A DNA stretch of 56,511 bases, the filler included, from Sluysia triapertura (lineage: Eukaryota): assembly GCA_046118255.1 (NCBI GenBank). It is 4 parts of 4 records of this genome, joined end to end, with 100 filler letters (N's around TTAATTAATTAA, not from the genome) between each part and the next. Parts side by side here need not be neighbours in the genome. Positions count along the whole stretch, not along the records: positions 15,258 to 32,040 come from JBJNIA010197820.1; positions 32,141 to 44,644 come from JBJNIA010102877.1; 2 more parts are not named here. One strand, 5' to 3'. Shown piece by piece: positions 25,920 to 38,897 of this stretch; the first letter of the stretch is position 1, and each line of letters starts with the position of its first letter. Made by a program: the position numbers and the translations under genes. Below the pieces are notes generated by a model. It searched no databases. It was not told the DNA's origin and saw only the letters and a program-made list of their open reading frames with translations.

Positions 25920-28900
25920 CTAGGCATCAGTTTTGTCGTCAACCTGGCAATAATATTAAAATTTGTATTTCCAACCAATGAAATATCAATTGGCTACAGT
26001 AGCTGCTAATTCACATTTCATTGGAGCAAACCGAATACACAAAAATTATGAATTGGTGCTGAATTTGATATTTATATTAAAGTCTACTTTGCACTAACAT
26101 TTATAGTTTTATAATTATTAGTGGTTGGAGAGGTTTACAATGTGTCACTCAAATATGTTGATACAAACTCAATGTTCGACTTTGGTGAAAAGAACAATTA
26201 AAAATTCATTACGATGTTCATCCTGGTAACACATGCAAATAAAGAATGTTTAATTTGAAGATTGAAGAACAGAATATTTGTCTATCAAAATTGACTAAAA
26301 ATGACAAATTAGTTTTAGCTGGCATGTTTAGCGGACTACGCGGTTTTCAAGTACAATAGGTGATGGAAATGCCCTGTAAATGATATTGCTAAACAAATGT
26401 GCATGAATGATGCAAATTTATTCAGAAAACTTAATATTGATGAAATAGTGTCATTTCATTGGACGAGAAAGAGGGCGATTTGGGAAAATCGAATTGTTGC
26501 AAGATTAACAAGCCAAAGTAGATCGATAATATTACCGGAGGCTCTAGTTAATGAAAGCGAAGAAAACATTAATATCTCTAGTAGACAATATGCAGCTTTT
26601 TATGCTCGAGATATAAATAGTAAAGAAATAAACCCTTCCACGATTTATTCACTCAATTTTAATACTTTATATCCATAAAAAATGTCCTCCACGCTTTAAT
26701 TAAACCTATATAAAAATTATATAATATCTGTCAATCAATTTTACTAGTACATGCTTTTTCATCTTGCATCGCGTGTGAATAATTGGTCAATATGAGAAGA
26801 CAAAGAGTTTGTGTACCTAATTATTTCTTGATAATAATGATTTGTGCGTGCTTTCTATTGGGCCATTCTGGATCCGATAAAGAAATGACTCATGATAAAG
26901 AAAATTCTTTTAATACTAAAGATGAAGATAAATTACTTTCCAGCAAACAGTGGGTTGTACAATCTCTTCGTACTAATTACTATTTTAATTAGCAAATTTT
27001 ATACTGAGAATCATTTTGTTTTGTTAGTAAACGCCCTTTTTATTTGTTTAGGGCTGCATAAAGTCCACATGAAGTTAATGTTGATATTATTGTAAATTGA
27101 ATTTGTATGAAATTTAACAATGTTTTTAAAATAATAATATAAATGATAAAATTTACGTGAAAGAATTAAAACATGAACTTTATCTATTGTAACAAGAAAA
27201 TCATTGTTTATAACAGTGGACAAACGAGTGATAATGTCCTATTATAAAAGTAGTCATGACTCTAATGAGAGATTCACCAAGTTGAATTAATGCAAGTTAT
27301 TAAATGAAGTTATTTTAGTTTATCTCTTTTGCATTTGACAATTTTTCATGACGGAGAGTTTCCTAGGCCCACACTCGGAAATTTAGCAACATTACGAACT
27401 GCGAAATGTACTTACTGGACACTTCTCTTTTATTCAATCCACGCGAATTACATTCACACATTTTACATACATCATTACGACGTTAAATCTTTCGAGGTCA
27501 ATTCCAAGTTCGACAGTAATGAAGTCAAAGCATTTCCAAACCACATCAATATCCAATGTATATTTGGATATTGCTAATTTCCTTCTAGTATTTCCTGACA
27601 ATTAGCATTAATGTAAAAGAAGTTTTAAAATAACAAACAAAAATCACTCGAATTATGTGATGGTCACTTTACTTCAACTGATTCTCAAAGTTCTCTAATT
27701 AGGACATCGTCAAGAAGATAAAAATGTTCGAAGGTTTCAGAATTTATGGTTCGCCATTCTTCCACAAAGTCAAATAGTATAAAAGAGATGTGTCACTTCT
27801 GAATGACACGTTCTTCTTAGTTCTACACTCAATTTTTTTAAAATAATGTTAACTAATATTAAGACACAATAAATATTTTATTCCCTGTTAATCTTTTGCA
27901 GAAACAAAAAGGCATACATAACTTGTTATTTGATGAAGAAAGAAGTATTAGTAATTTGTTTCACGAAGTAATGGAAACTCGGCAGCACGTGCGGTTCGCA
28001 AAAGAGATCCAATTGATTTTGAAACAAGGTCAAGTTGAAGTGGAACCTAAATCAGTAGGATTAGTGCCTAACTATGATGAGTGTATGTTAATTCGTCGAA
28101 GTGTCATTGAGAAACTGAATCTTCAAATCCAAAGTCTTGGAAGAGACAAGGTGAAGCATATGATAATTGGGAAGGATAATAAAAAGAAGTTCTATCATTT
28201 AAATTGGTGAGTATTTTCCATTTTAATTAAACAACACACACTTTTTATTTGCCTAAAGTGCATTTAATGAAATGAAATGAATATATATATTCACCATTTT
28301 CTAATAATATTTATTAGTGACATGAAGACATTGCAATGCCGATATCACAGGTACTTATTAGATAATGAAGATGTACGACTTACTTTCAAATAGATGTAAT
28401 TGAAAGCATTTTAATATGCCTCTCCGAATAAAATGCTTATCTTCCCTCGCAGAGATAGACATCCATTAAATCAGTATTAAAATGCGTGACAGATGCCTAT
28501 GAACTTCGGAAATAAGCAATTATGAAATCTAAATATAGTTGCCTTGGAACGCTCCTATCAGTTTTCACAGTTTTAATATATTTGACAAAGACTTATTGAT
28601 CCATCGGAAAAGATTTTTCTTGGTGTCTGAATAGATCTTAGAAATGCATTTTTTCAAAATTTAGTTGGTTTACGGTTATGTTAATAGATCTTCAGTAAAT
28701 CGATAGACGACCGCAGCTGGCAGATGCAACAACAAATCCATTATAAAATATCTGTTAATCATGTTGATAGGAGATTATTTAATGTTGGTGAACTTTTACT
28801 TATTAAATTTATCTGCAGTATGTTACATTTTACTTGATACTTAATATTAATTCAGGGAATTAAGAAGGATGTTAATGGAATATGAAGATCTGGAACAGAA

Positions 28901-31756
28901 AATTCGCGATATTCAAAGTTTCAAAATTACGAAAGAAATACAAAAAGTTAGTGTGTTAAGTTTTCCAAATTAATTAGCCAATCATATACCTTTACTAAAG
29001 TTAAAATAAAATAAAGTTAAAAAGGTCATTAATTCACAGGAGAGTTAGTAATTATTCAGAAATGGTGCATTGTCGAGATCCTTGAATGGATCCTCGAACT
29101 TGACATATCTTTTCCGTACTCTGCAAACATTTTCTAAAGTTATCTTATTTTAAGCCTTTTTAATCATCTGACAGATGCTCGATCATTTGAAATTGGAATG
29201 ATTAACTATGTATTTGATTGTAATTGGTCAACACTAACTTTTAGCCATTGTTCCATTGGTTGCTTTATTTAATCTAATGAGTTTTTCTTCTCTTTTTCCT
29301 TGACGTAATTTGAATTTTGTTTAAATTAGTAATTGTTATTGATTCACGTTTTCAAAAGCGGTCGAAGCAATCGGGAAATTAATGAAGACAAAGAAATTCA
29401 TCAATGAACAGTCCTGAAGCAGTCCATAAATTTCAATGTAGGAAGTACAATAAATTAATCAATAATAGCACTAATAATAATCGATGCAAAATTCCTTAAG
29501 TATCAGTATTATTCTGTGTTTCTAAATCAATGTAGGTCTACTAAATAAAAGTACTGCAATGCTAAACAAATTCTTGCACATTTCAGTTCTTTGAAATCGG
29601 CCATCCATCTGAAAAAGTAATTCTATGTAAGCGTGAGAAAAGTCATGATAAGGAATTCATTTGGAGTTCTGCAGTCGAATGAAATGAGTCATTCAAACAA
29701 CAAATATAGTCATTGTACTTAATTATCATTAGTTACATTTATTGTTATCATAACCTCTATCACAATAGTAACTTTCATAGTAATCTCATATCATCATAAC
29801 TCCATCAACATTATCACATTAAACTATGTAACAATTCAATTTAAACTTCATTTTTATAATTGTCAGAATTACTCTATCCTACCTTTTTCACTTCCCTTTT
29901 ATTTGAATGCATGTTTATATGTTATAATATTATCTTTGCACTTCTGTATGAGTGATTATTCTTATTCACTCTTCATATTTTATTCCTTACATATACAATT
30001 TCCCAAGTGTCAGCTGTTACAATCGTTATTTTTGTTACAACAAACCCAATTTCATTTGGTGTTTAAATGGATCTCCGATTAAAATCAAATTAGCTAATTT
30101 AAATATTGTTTATAAAACGATATTCAATGCTTCTGTCATTTATAATAATGAAAAATTGAAAAATAGTCTGCTAGTGTAATTTGTGGCGCCAAGACTGTAT
30201 TAAAATGTATTTCAAATTTGATGTAAAACGTGACCCAAAATTTCCTATATAACCTCGTTCACTAAAATTAAATTATGTAAGCTAAACATTGCTTCCGAAT
30301 TGTACTTTTTCCGAAAAGTGGTGTCTGAAGTTTCTGGAGAAAACAAAACGAAATGAATTTGTCATGAATACATCAAACATTGACTTACTAACATGTAAAT
30401 ATTGTACTTTTTCGTTTAAAAGATTTCTCGAGTGGTGAAATATGTTATTATGTATGTAATAATTTCAAATTAGTAATCGATCCATATGAAAGAAATTATT
30501 CACAATTGTAAACATTGAAAGTATATTTTCGAAGCACTTTAAGTCAATTTCTTGAAAAAGCCGATAAATGTTATTTAAATAACACAATGTTTTTTGCAAG
30601 TTATATTTTAAAATTACATGTTTTGAAAGATGCAGGCATATTTGGAATTATTAATATTACTACGAATTTTGTTTTTTATCCTAAGCATGTAATAGTGCAA
30701 CTGATCAGTCACACCAGAAATATTTACTGGCCAATAGTTGTTAAGTGCAGTGTGAATCATGTTATGTTTGCTCAATATTTAAAGTATAATATTATTGGTC
30801 TTCAAAATTACCTATCATTTTTAAATTATACACCAAATGGAACCACAGTGCACAGATGCAGTCTATCAAATAACTTCTGATACGTCAATCAACTTTATTC
30901 AATGTAAACTGAACATTATCAATACTATATTTGTGATAAATTTGAATTATTTCGATAGTTCTCCACGTATATCCATTTTATTATTTAAATCAGCACGAAC
31001 CTGTAATTATGTAAATATAAAGTTATAACAATTAGTAATTAGTTGCCCTGGTACAAATTAAAAACTCAATATGATGAAAAAGAAAGATATTACGATCTCT
31101 TTATGCTAAATTTGATGAAAAACTAAATCATACGGATTCAAGTTCAAAATTCAACAACATTGGAACTATTAATGATAAAAATTTATTAACAATGAAACAA
31201 ATGTCATGCGGTCTAATCAGTGAATTGTTAGGTTCTATTGTACTGGCTTTTTATGATAATATTCCTATTTATAATAAAGTCCATTTAAATTTTGTTGATT
31301 CGTTTATTTTAAAATTATTTATTGTTTTTAAAGGCATTAAGCCTAGTTTGTTTCTTAATGTGTTTATTTTTTAAATTTTAATTTTTTCAAATAGTTTGAA
31401 GTTCAATTTTTATTTAAAAGTTAATAAAATTGTAACTAAATTTAAGTCTTACAAATCCTCGTTCTACGATAATAATAATTTCGATGTTTTCCAGAGAGTG
31501 CATCATTTTTAATTTAAAAATGTTTGCTTTTCACATTAGTTTGATATTAAATAGGCCAAAATAGATAAAAATTAAACAGAAAATGTTATTCAATGAAAGT
31601 AGTACTTGTTTGTAACTTAGTTAAGACTTGTGTTCCTAGATTTTCCATGTAATGATATTAATTTATATGTTTCAGTATCTTGAATCTGAAGATTACGATA
31701 GTCTCGTTAATACCGATATCCAGAAGTTGGAACAAACCATAGCCAAATTGGGAGAG
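19296..31756 (+). CDS. CFAP43: Cilia- and flagella-associated protein 43 (WDR96), partial: C-terminal coiled-coil half; exons 19296-19728, 20086-20355, 20972-21076, 21418-21490, 23737-23828, 23950-24699, 25189-25638, 27902-28206, 28856-28946, 31676-31756
   Basis: [82 protein letters not shown] and WELRRMLMEYEDL match CFAP43. Exon phases join through GT-AG introns. The WD40 half and the last exon(s) are absent. The two small exons at 20972 and 21418 are less certain. Confidence 0.9.
22090..22635. repeat. Compound microsatellite/minisatellite: (ATT)n, (TTATAG)n, 3x 18-bp unit, (CTA/ATA)n
   Basis: Directly visible; lies in a CFAP43 intron. Confidence 0.9.
26345..26560 (+). pseudogene. Possible decayed OTU-like cysteine protease fragment (transposon-derived?) in a CFAP43 intron
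   Basis: STIGDGNAL* followed, after a frameshift, by NDIAKQMCMNDANLFRKLNIDEI resembles OTU GDGNCLF.AI..Q....LR. Confidence 0.35.
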
Positions 31757-31972
31757 GTTAGTGCGACGATGTTTAATAAATCATATTTGAGAATCTGAAT
31801 AAGCGAGAAAAATCCACTCCATGGCTTCAGCGACTGCTGGCAAGGAAGCTGTGATGATCTGGATTTTGAAAATCATTATTTAGTGTTTGCTTAGTGTGTC
31901 AAAATATGAAATTATGATTAATTGGTTTCTGTATATTTTAAAACAAACATTAAAATTTAAATTTTTTATTCA

Positions 31973-32040
<68 letters not shown>

Positions 32041-32140
32041 NNNNNNNNNNNNNNNNNNNNNNNNNNNNNNNNNNNNNNNNNNNNTTAATTAATTAANNNN
32101 NNNNNNNNNNNNNNNNNNNNNNNNNNNNNNNNNNNNNNNN
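32041..32140. other. Artificial assembly spacer
   Basis: 44N-TTAATTAATTAA-44N. Confidence 0.95.
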
Positions 32141-33524
32141 GGTTATTTCTTCGTATTTCTCATTGTCTTATCTTGATTCAAGTATTTCATATACTTATCT
32201 TATCATTACAATTCATCATAGTCCCATATCTCAATTCCTCAATTACATTTACCTTATATGTTATCCTGAATCGTAAACCTTTTTATCTACCTTTACCTTT
32301 AATTAATCCCAACAGATGACTTTAAAAATTAAATTAAGTCAGGATTGATTCTTCACTTCAAAATTATTAAGGATTTTACGTAAGATTTTAAAACTAAGAT
32401 ATTATAGTTAATGCCTTAATAAAAATAACGTACGACTTCATATAGATAATGGAATATTATAATCGCATAACTCCACGAAAAATCTTATTTGCAAGTACCA
32501 ATAATTATAATCGAATATCTTCCCAAATGATAGTTCGCGTAAAAGATCACGTAAAAAATATTATAACGTATTGTGTATTGTGCGTCATACGTCCAATTTA
32601 TAGGTTATTGCGTTTGTACATAAAATATTTATTTATTTTATTTCCATGATACAGAGTCATAAACATATCATAATTTTATTTATACAGAATCATAAAAATA
32701 TTATAAATTATAAATAAAATTTATCATAAGGTATTTCTTAAAACATCCTGACTATTTTTAAGATTTAATTTTAATTTAAAAGCTAAAATAATGTTTTATA
32801 AAATATTAAAATACTTACAAAAGTTAAAAACTAATTAATATTTATAAAATTATAATATAAACTGTTGTCGAAGGAATCCGCAACTAGTCGATAGAAATTG
32901 TGGTAAATCAATTATTACTTTCTATTATTTATATTAAAATTCCTATCGCCATATTGAAAATGGCGTCAATTAATAAACAATATTAGCAAATGATGAAGAA
33001 AAACAAATAATAAATGCAATGAAAAAAATTCTTGATTTTAATTTATTTAATAGAATCATTAAACTATGTTCAAAATAAATTATTTTAAAATTTTTTCAAT
33101 TTATTTAATTAAAAATTTATTTCGGCTATTTCATAATAAAAATAATCTTTAAATGAAATAACACAATACATAAAATAATAAATACGTCAGTATAATGTCA
33201 ATTAATATTTTTTAATTAACAATTAATGTGTACTTGTCAGTTCAACATTTAGTTACGTGGATAGTTTTAGATTATTAGTTAAGTTGATATTATTGTATGA
33301 TTTTTTAGCATGTAATTAACATTTTTTTTCTATACGTAATATTCATTTGGCATGTTTAACGATTATTTTGTTAATGGATAATTATCCCATTAAATTGTAT
33401 TTTATTTGTGGTGTTATTGTGGTTTCATGAATATAATCAAATAATCACATTTTAAATATAATATAAATTTTAATTCTAAATTAATATCAAATTGATTTAT
33501 AATTAATTTACAAATACTTAAAAA

Positions 33525-34112
33525 ATGTCAAAACGTACCAAGAAAAAATATAAGAAGCGTCCAGAAGATGTTATTAAGGATTTAGAATTTGCTCTTAAGA
33601 AATTAACAACTGAAATGAATAGTTTAAAACTGGTTTTTAATCAACGTGCTGCAAACGCTAAAAAATTTTATAATGATTTAATTGCGTCTAATAAATACAA
33701 TAATGAATTAAAAGAAGAAATAGAAAGTATGGAGTACAATTTTATACAATTTGCTAATTGTATTAATTTACAGTATAAATTTTTACAAAAATTAACAGTT
33801 ATTCGAGTTAAAGATTTAAATGACAAAGTGCACCAGTTAACTTATGAATTGGAATTATTAAAACAGAAAATGAAAGAAGAAATTGCTAAACGTGATGCGA
33901 TTATTAAAGAGCAAGCTGAGCGTATTGTTGATTTAGAAGTTCATATTAATACTATGCACTTGAAGTGGCAAAAGATAATGATGGAAAATTTTGAAAAATT
34001 AGAACATAGGTTAGAAATAGATTGGAAAAATTGGAAACAGGAACACTTAATATTTAGTAAAGAAACTAAGAAAAAATTGATTGAAATGACTAATTACTTT
34101 GTAAAAATTTGA
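33525..34112 (+). CDS. CCDC153: Dynein regulatory complex protein 12 / CCDC153-like coiled-coil protein, intronless
   Basis: 195 aa with a Lys-rich N-terminus and coiled coil. The QYK.LQ, RD..I....L...I..M..KW..IM...L..RL....W pattern and length fit CCDC153. Confidence 0.65.
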   Translation: MSKRTKKKYKKRPEDVIKDLEFALKKLTTEMNSLKLVFNQRAANAKKFYNDLIASNKYNNELKEEIESMEYNFIQFANCINLQYKFLQKLTVIRVKDLNDKVHQLTYELELLKQKMKEEIAKRDAIIKEQAERIVDLEVHINTMHLKWQKIMMENFEKLEHRLEIDWKNWKQEHLIFSKETKKKLIEMTNYFVKI

Positions 34113-37100
34113 TTATAAATTTAATTTATCTATGTACATTTGATGAATTTTTGCAATATCTTAAGTAATATATTTTAATGAAAACAGTGTTTTATAGTTT
34201 TTGTATTGGTTATAGTTTTATGAAGGTTTTCGTTTAATAAGTTTTGGAGTCAATCGTTTGTAATTCGTGGTATTGAAATAAAAGAAGTGTTTTACTAAAA
34301 TCACACACATTTCAAACGAATATCTCTAAAACTTATTTGTATCGTACTTGCGAAATGGATCCGTCTTATTTTGCTTTTATCCGTTATAAAAATACTTATA
34401 TTTCTGTTTGAGCAAATCCATTGTCGTTCAATATTACCTTCCATTAGGCTCCTAAAAAGAATATTACCTTGTCTGATTAAAAAATTAAACAGAATCAAAT
34501 CATATTTCTTGTATGATTGTTAATATATATGAGAAGCTTTAATAATAATAATGTATCTTTTGTTGGATTCTGATAATTTATCTGAATGTTACAAGATTCG
34601 GATCCACATGATGTTAACTATCAAAGTATTGTGTGTAAGTAGTTGTGAATAATTAAATTAAAAGTATCCATAATATTCATAACATAAACCTCCGAAAATG
34701 ACCGGTGACCGTCCAATGTGCAATATTAACTTATTCGTCATATGCGCTTTTTAAATTAACTCCAAATTTAATTTCAGAAATCAAAATAATATATAATCAC
34801 ATAGTTTATATAATTTATCAATTATCACAAATAAAAGTTAATATCTCGAATAAATGTTAAATTATCCGTTATTAAACACAACTTCATAGAGCAATTAAAT
34901 TAAATCGATTAAATTAATTAATTTAAAACAAAGTAATAATAACTTTCACTCAAACAAATTAGACAAAATATAAATTTTGTTGTGAAATTAGGTGCAAAAT
35001 TAACTCGATTATATTGTGGTGTCCCAGTCGTTCATAAATTCACCTACACATACCTCATCTACATCATAACCTCACCACATTTTTATGCAGATCATAACAC
35101 CTAAATAAAATTATAATTATACATAAACTATGACAATTAATTATACTTGTATTACGATTAGTTGGCCGATATCGCTTCCCTAATTCACAACGACAGCTCT
35201 GAACATCTTTAAATCCTGCATTTTATTTGATTGCACAATAATAAAAATGTTAGTTCTACTCTTGTCAGAATTTGTCATCTCAAACCCGAATATATGGAAT
35301 AATTATATCCGAAATCAAATATAAATATGACAATGCGTATTATATATATTATTTCACTTAAGATACACGTCTAGGCTCCAAACGTTTTACAAGAAACTCG
35401 TTTAAGTTTTTATCTTAGTGGACACTGGTATCATAATGACATATCGATAAAAGTCAGTATCGATAAAACTACCATGTTCAAATAATATCTTAAATAATAT
35501 TCAAATTTACGATACTTTTAAACCTTCTTCTTATGTAATATAAAGATGAATGTTTTATACTGCTCTCAAAGTCCTGAGCACGAAAAAGGATTAATAATAT
35601 GTATGAAATGTTTAATAAGTATTTATATTTTGAAAAGACTAATTATCGGTAGAGCAGTAACTGCAGGTAGCTTAGCTGAGAAGAAATAACGAGCTCTTAA
35701 AATAAAATTATGATCAAAATAAAATTTTGATATAATAAACAATCTAATATATATATATATATATGTTGAAGAACTGAAATATGTAATAAATTATTCGATT
35801 ATGGTATTCATCCTCAAAGTTTAGCCCTGTTAATTAAATAATATTAATAATTATTTAATTAATTAATATTTGAAGCTGTCAGAAATTGTCAGAATTACTT
35901 TCAATTTGTGAATATGCAAATTTAACTGCTGAAGTGGTTAATGAAGAATCAATAGAATATGTTGACTAGTAGGAGAAAATAAGATCATTTGCTGTTTAGA
36001 CAAAGAAAAGAAAAGAAAACTTTTATTTATGTACAAATTAAGAACCGATAAAATCTTATATAAACTTAAATAATTTAATAAAATTTCGTTACATACGCGA
36101 CTGTCAAAAAGAATTTAATGTACCAGTTATAATTCAAATATTAGATAATCATACATAAAGAATTTGTTTAAATTTTGGTACATCACTATATTTTTGAAAA
36201 AAGAAGGTTTTACTTTAGTTAATGAAATTTTTTTGTATTTTTATAGGTCTAACAGAATCTTTCAAGACATGGAATCTTATAAAGTTTTACCACAAAATAA
36301 TGATAAAGCATATTTTGAAGATTTTGAAGACACTAAATTAATGTCTGAAGCAGATCGATCGTGAATCCTTTGATATTATCGTTGATATAAAATGCCATTT
36401 TAAATTTTATTCGAATAAATCTCGACAAGTCCTATTTGCTATCGGTAAAAGAATTAAACAATATTTAGTTATCAAAATACAAAAGTACTCAGTAATATAC
36501 TGCGAGATTGCTTAAAACCAAATAGTATTCCTATCATGTTTTGAAATTACATGAACCGAAAGCCTGCGAACTTTCGTTGATGCATCAATGTAGGATCAGT
36601 CAAATAAGAACAGATGATTTAGAAGTTATAGGCTATATTTATTAGTTTTTAGAGCAGAGTCGCGTCACCGAACTTTAGGTGTTGCATCGAAAATAAGGAA
36701 TGCAGTGATATGTATAAAAGAATTCAAAGTCAAATATCTGTGTTTAAAAGAATTTTACATATATTATATTTTTGTGTGATGAAGTTTTACTTTCAATTTA
36801 ACTATGAGTTCGATTTTGATTTTTGTTGATTTTTACGATGCTAATAATGAAAAAGACCTTAAGCTGATTTTTAATGTTTCGGAATTACAAAAAGGACTTT
36901 GAGTCCATGTTGAATTGTTTCCATTGCCATAATAGAATTTCAAAAGATAGAACAGGCCAATTTTTGTAATTATTATAATTCGAAAAATCTGTAAAAAAGA
37001 AAACTTTTTTGCACGAACACTGAAATAATTACATTCTTGAGCAGATACAAGGTAAACAAACAATATAAAATATACTATTGTGTACGTATCAAACATATTA

Positions 37101-38798
37101 GAATAAATAAAACATTCACCTTATTCAATCATAGAACACTAAACGAATGTCGAAGTAATTGTAGTAAAAACTGAATTCAATATAAATTTCAAATTATGTA
37201 TCACTAATTATATTCGTTTTAAATTTCAAAGTTATTTTTTGGCCATAGTTTAGTAATCACAGAAATAGTAATTCAAACAAAATGAAGATGAATGTAGTTG
37301 GATAATAATCGCTTATCAACACTGCAAAATTTTACAAGAAAAGTTTCACAAGTTTTACAAATTTAATAAATAAAACAATTTCATTTGATAAATCTAAAAT
37401 TCGTGATTGTTGTATAAAATGCGCTTTAAACTGATTATTTTAATAATTGCAAATGCTCCTAATTTAAATTCCTACTTACGTATGCATTGAAAATGTCTAA
37501 ATAATCATTTATTATGCTTAAAACAAACAGTTTATTGTTCTAAATCAATAAAACACCTACATTTCAGAAAACGTTCGAAGAGCTCATATTGAAATTTGAA
37601 TCTGAAATTAAAAAGCAAATAAAAAATGAGTAAAAATATAATTAATATTGTCAGTATCCAATGCGTTCTTTGTAAAATGTTAAAAAGGAAAGAAAAAAAT
37701 ATAATAATCATTATAAAATGAAATAAATTTAAAAATAAAAGAAAATTTTTTTAAATAAATTTAGATTACAAAGCGAAATTAATTTTTTGATTTTAATTAA
37801 AAAATATTTGTCAATATTGGTAATAAAAAATATTAATTTAAACATTATGTTCAAAATGTTACCCTATTATTAAAAATATTGGATTTACAATTTTGGATGT
37901 AACACCTATATCAAATTATATTAGAATTATTATTACCTACTGGGCATGAACCCACATTCATATACAAAGGTAAAAATAATTATTGTTATTGTTAAACTTT
38001 TCATTAATGCTATGATTAGTAATGCTATTGTTATTATATTATAACTATAACTATTAATATTATTATAACTATTATAAATGTTATTTTTATTATTAATATC
38101 GAAATTATTATCATTATTATAATCACAATTACCATTATTTTTATGCTTATTATTACTTTTATAATAAGTATTATTATTGTGGTAATTAATATAATTATCA
38201 GTATTTTATGCTTTTCATGATTTCGTGTGTGTCTAAATAGCTTAAATAACATTTAATCAATAATTTATGTGTAATATTTTATAAAATCAAAAATTTTAAA
38301 TATTTTTATAACATTTTATTGGAATACTTTGATGTAATATTTTATGTAAGTATAATTTTATTTTAATTTTATAATTTAAATTGATAGTAATTAAAATTGA
38401 CTAACATATAATAATTTTATAATTTAATTTACTTTAACCTTCACATTTAAAATTCACTTTGACCTTCATAAAAACAATATAAATAATTCATTAAATTCAC
38501 ATAAAACTCACAATTGTTTTGAAAATATTTTGCGAAGACTTCGAAATTCTTTATTTTACAGAAGATTTTTACTCCTCGATGATAATAACTCTCAACAGCC
38601 TCGGCAATACCAAATTACATAGTAACGTTAAGTTAAGCTCAGTTTATCAGACGAAAAATCAACTTTAAATCATTTTTTATATTTTCCCTTCAACTTTTTA
38701 AAGAGTTGACGTAATATATCTTTTAAAATACGTTCAAATAAAGAAAGGCCTAAAAAAAAGTGCCAAGTAGTATAATTGAATATATTAAAAAATGAAAT

Positions 38799-38897
38799 TG
38801 TTAGACGGGACTGATAGCTCAGTGGTAGAGCAGTCCGACTGCGCAGACGATGGTCCCGGGTTCGATCCCCGGTCAGTCCATTTTACGAAGTCTAACA
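38799..38897 (+). ncRNA. tRNA-Ala-derived pseudo-tRNA (38808-38880) with TTTT terminator, inside an 8-bp inverted repeat TGTTAGAC...GTCTAACA (copy 1)
   Basis: Perfect acceptor GGACTGA/TCAGTCC+A, D arm GCTC-AGTGGTA-GAGC and T arm CCGGG-TTCGATC-CCCGG, with intact A and B boxes. The anticodon arm cannot form a 5-bp stem with a 7-nt loop. Confidence 0.8.

Noticed and set aside
29490-29505. Other CCTTAAG sites (also ~8845 and ~51023)
   Set aside because: No stem, or only 3 bp; a few such 7-mers are expected by chance.
19296-34112. Ciliary gene cluster (CFAP43 next to CCDC153)
   Set aside because: The genes are separated by an artificial linker, so adjacency is unsupported.
38808-38880. Functional tRNA (Arg-GCG, Cys, Ala, or a four-base GCGC frameshift suppressor)
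   Set aside because: No register gives a canonical anticodon stem with a 7-nt loop and U33, and the three copies differ by indels in this arm; better explained as a tRNA-derived repeat.
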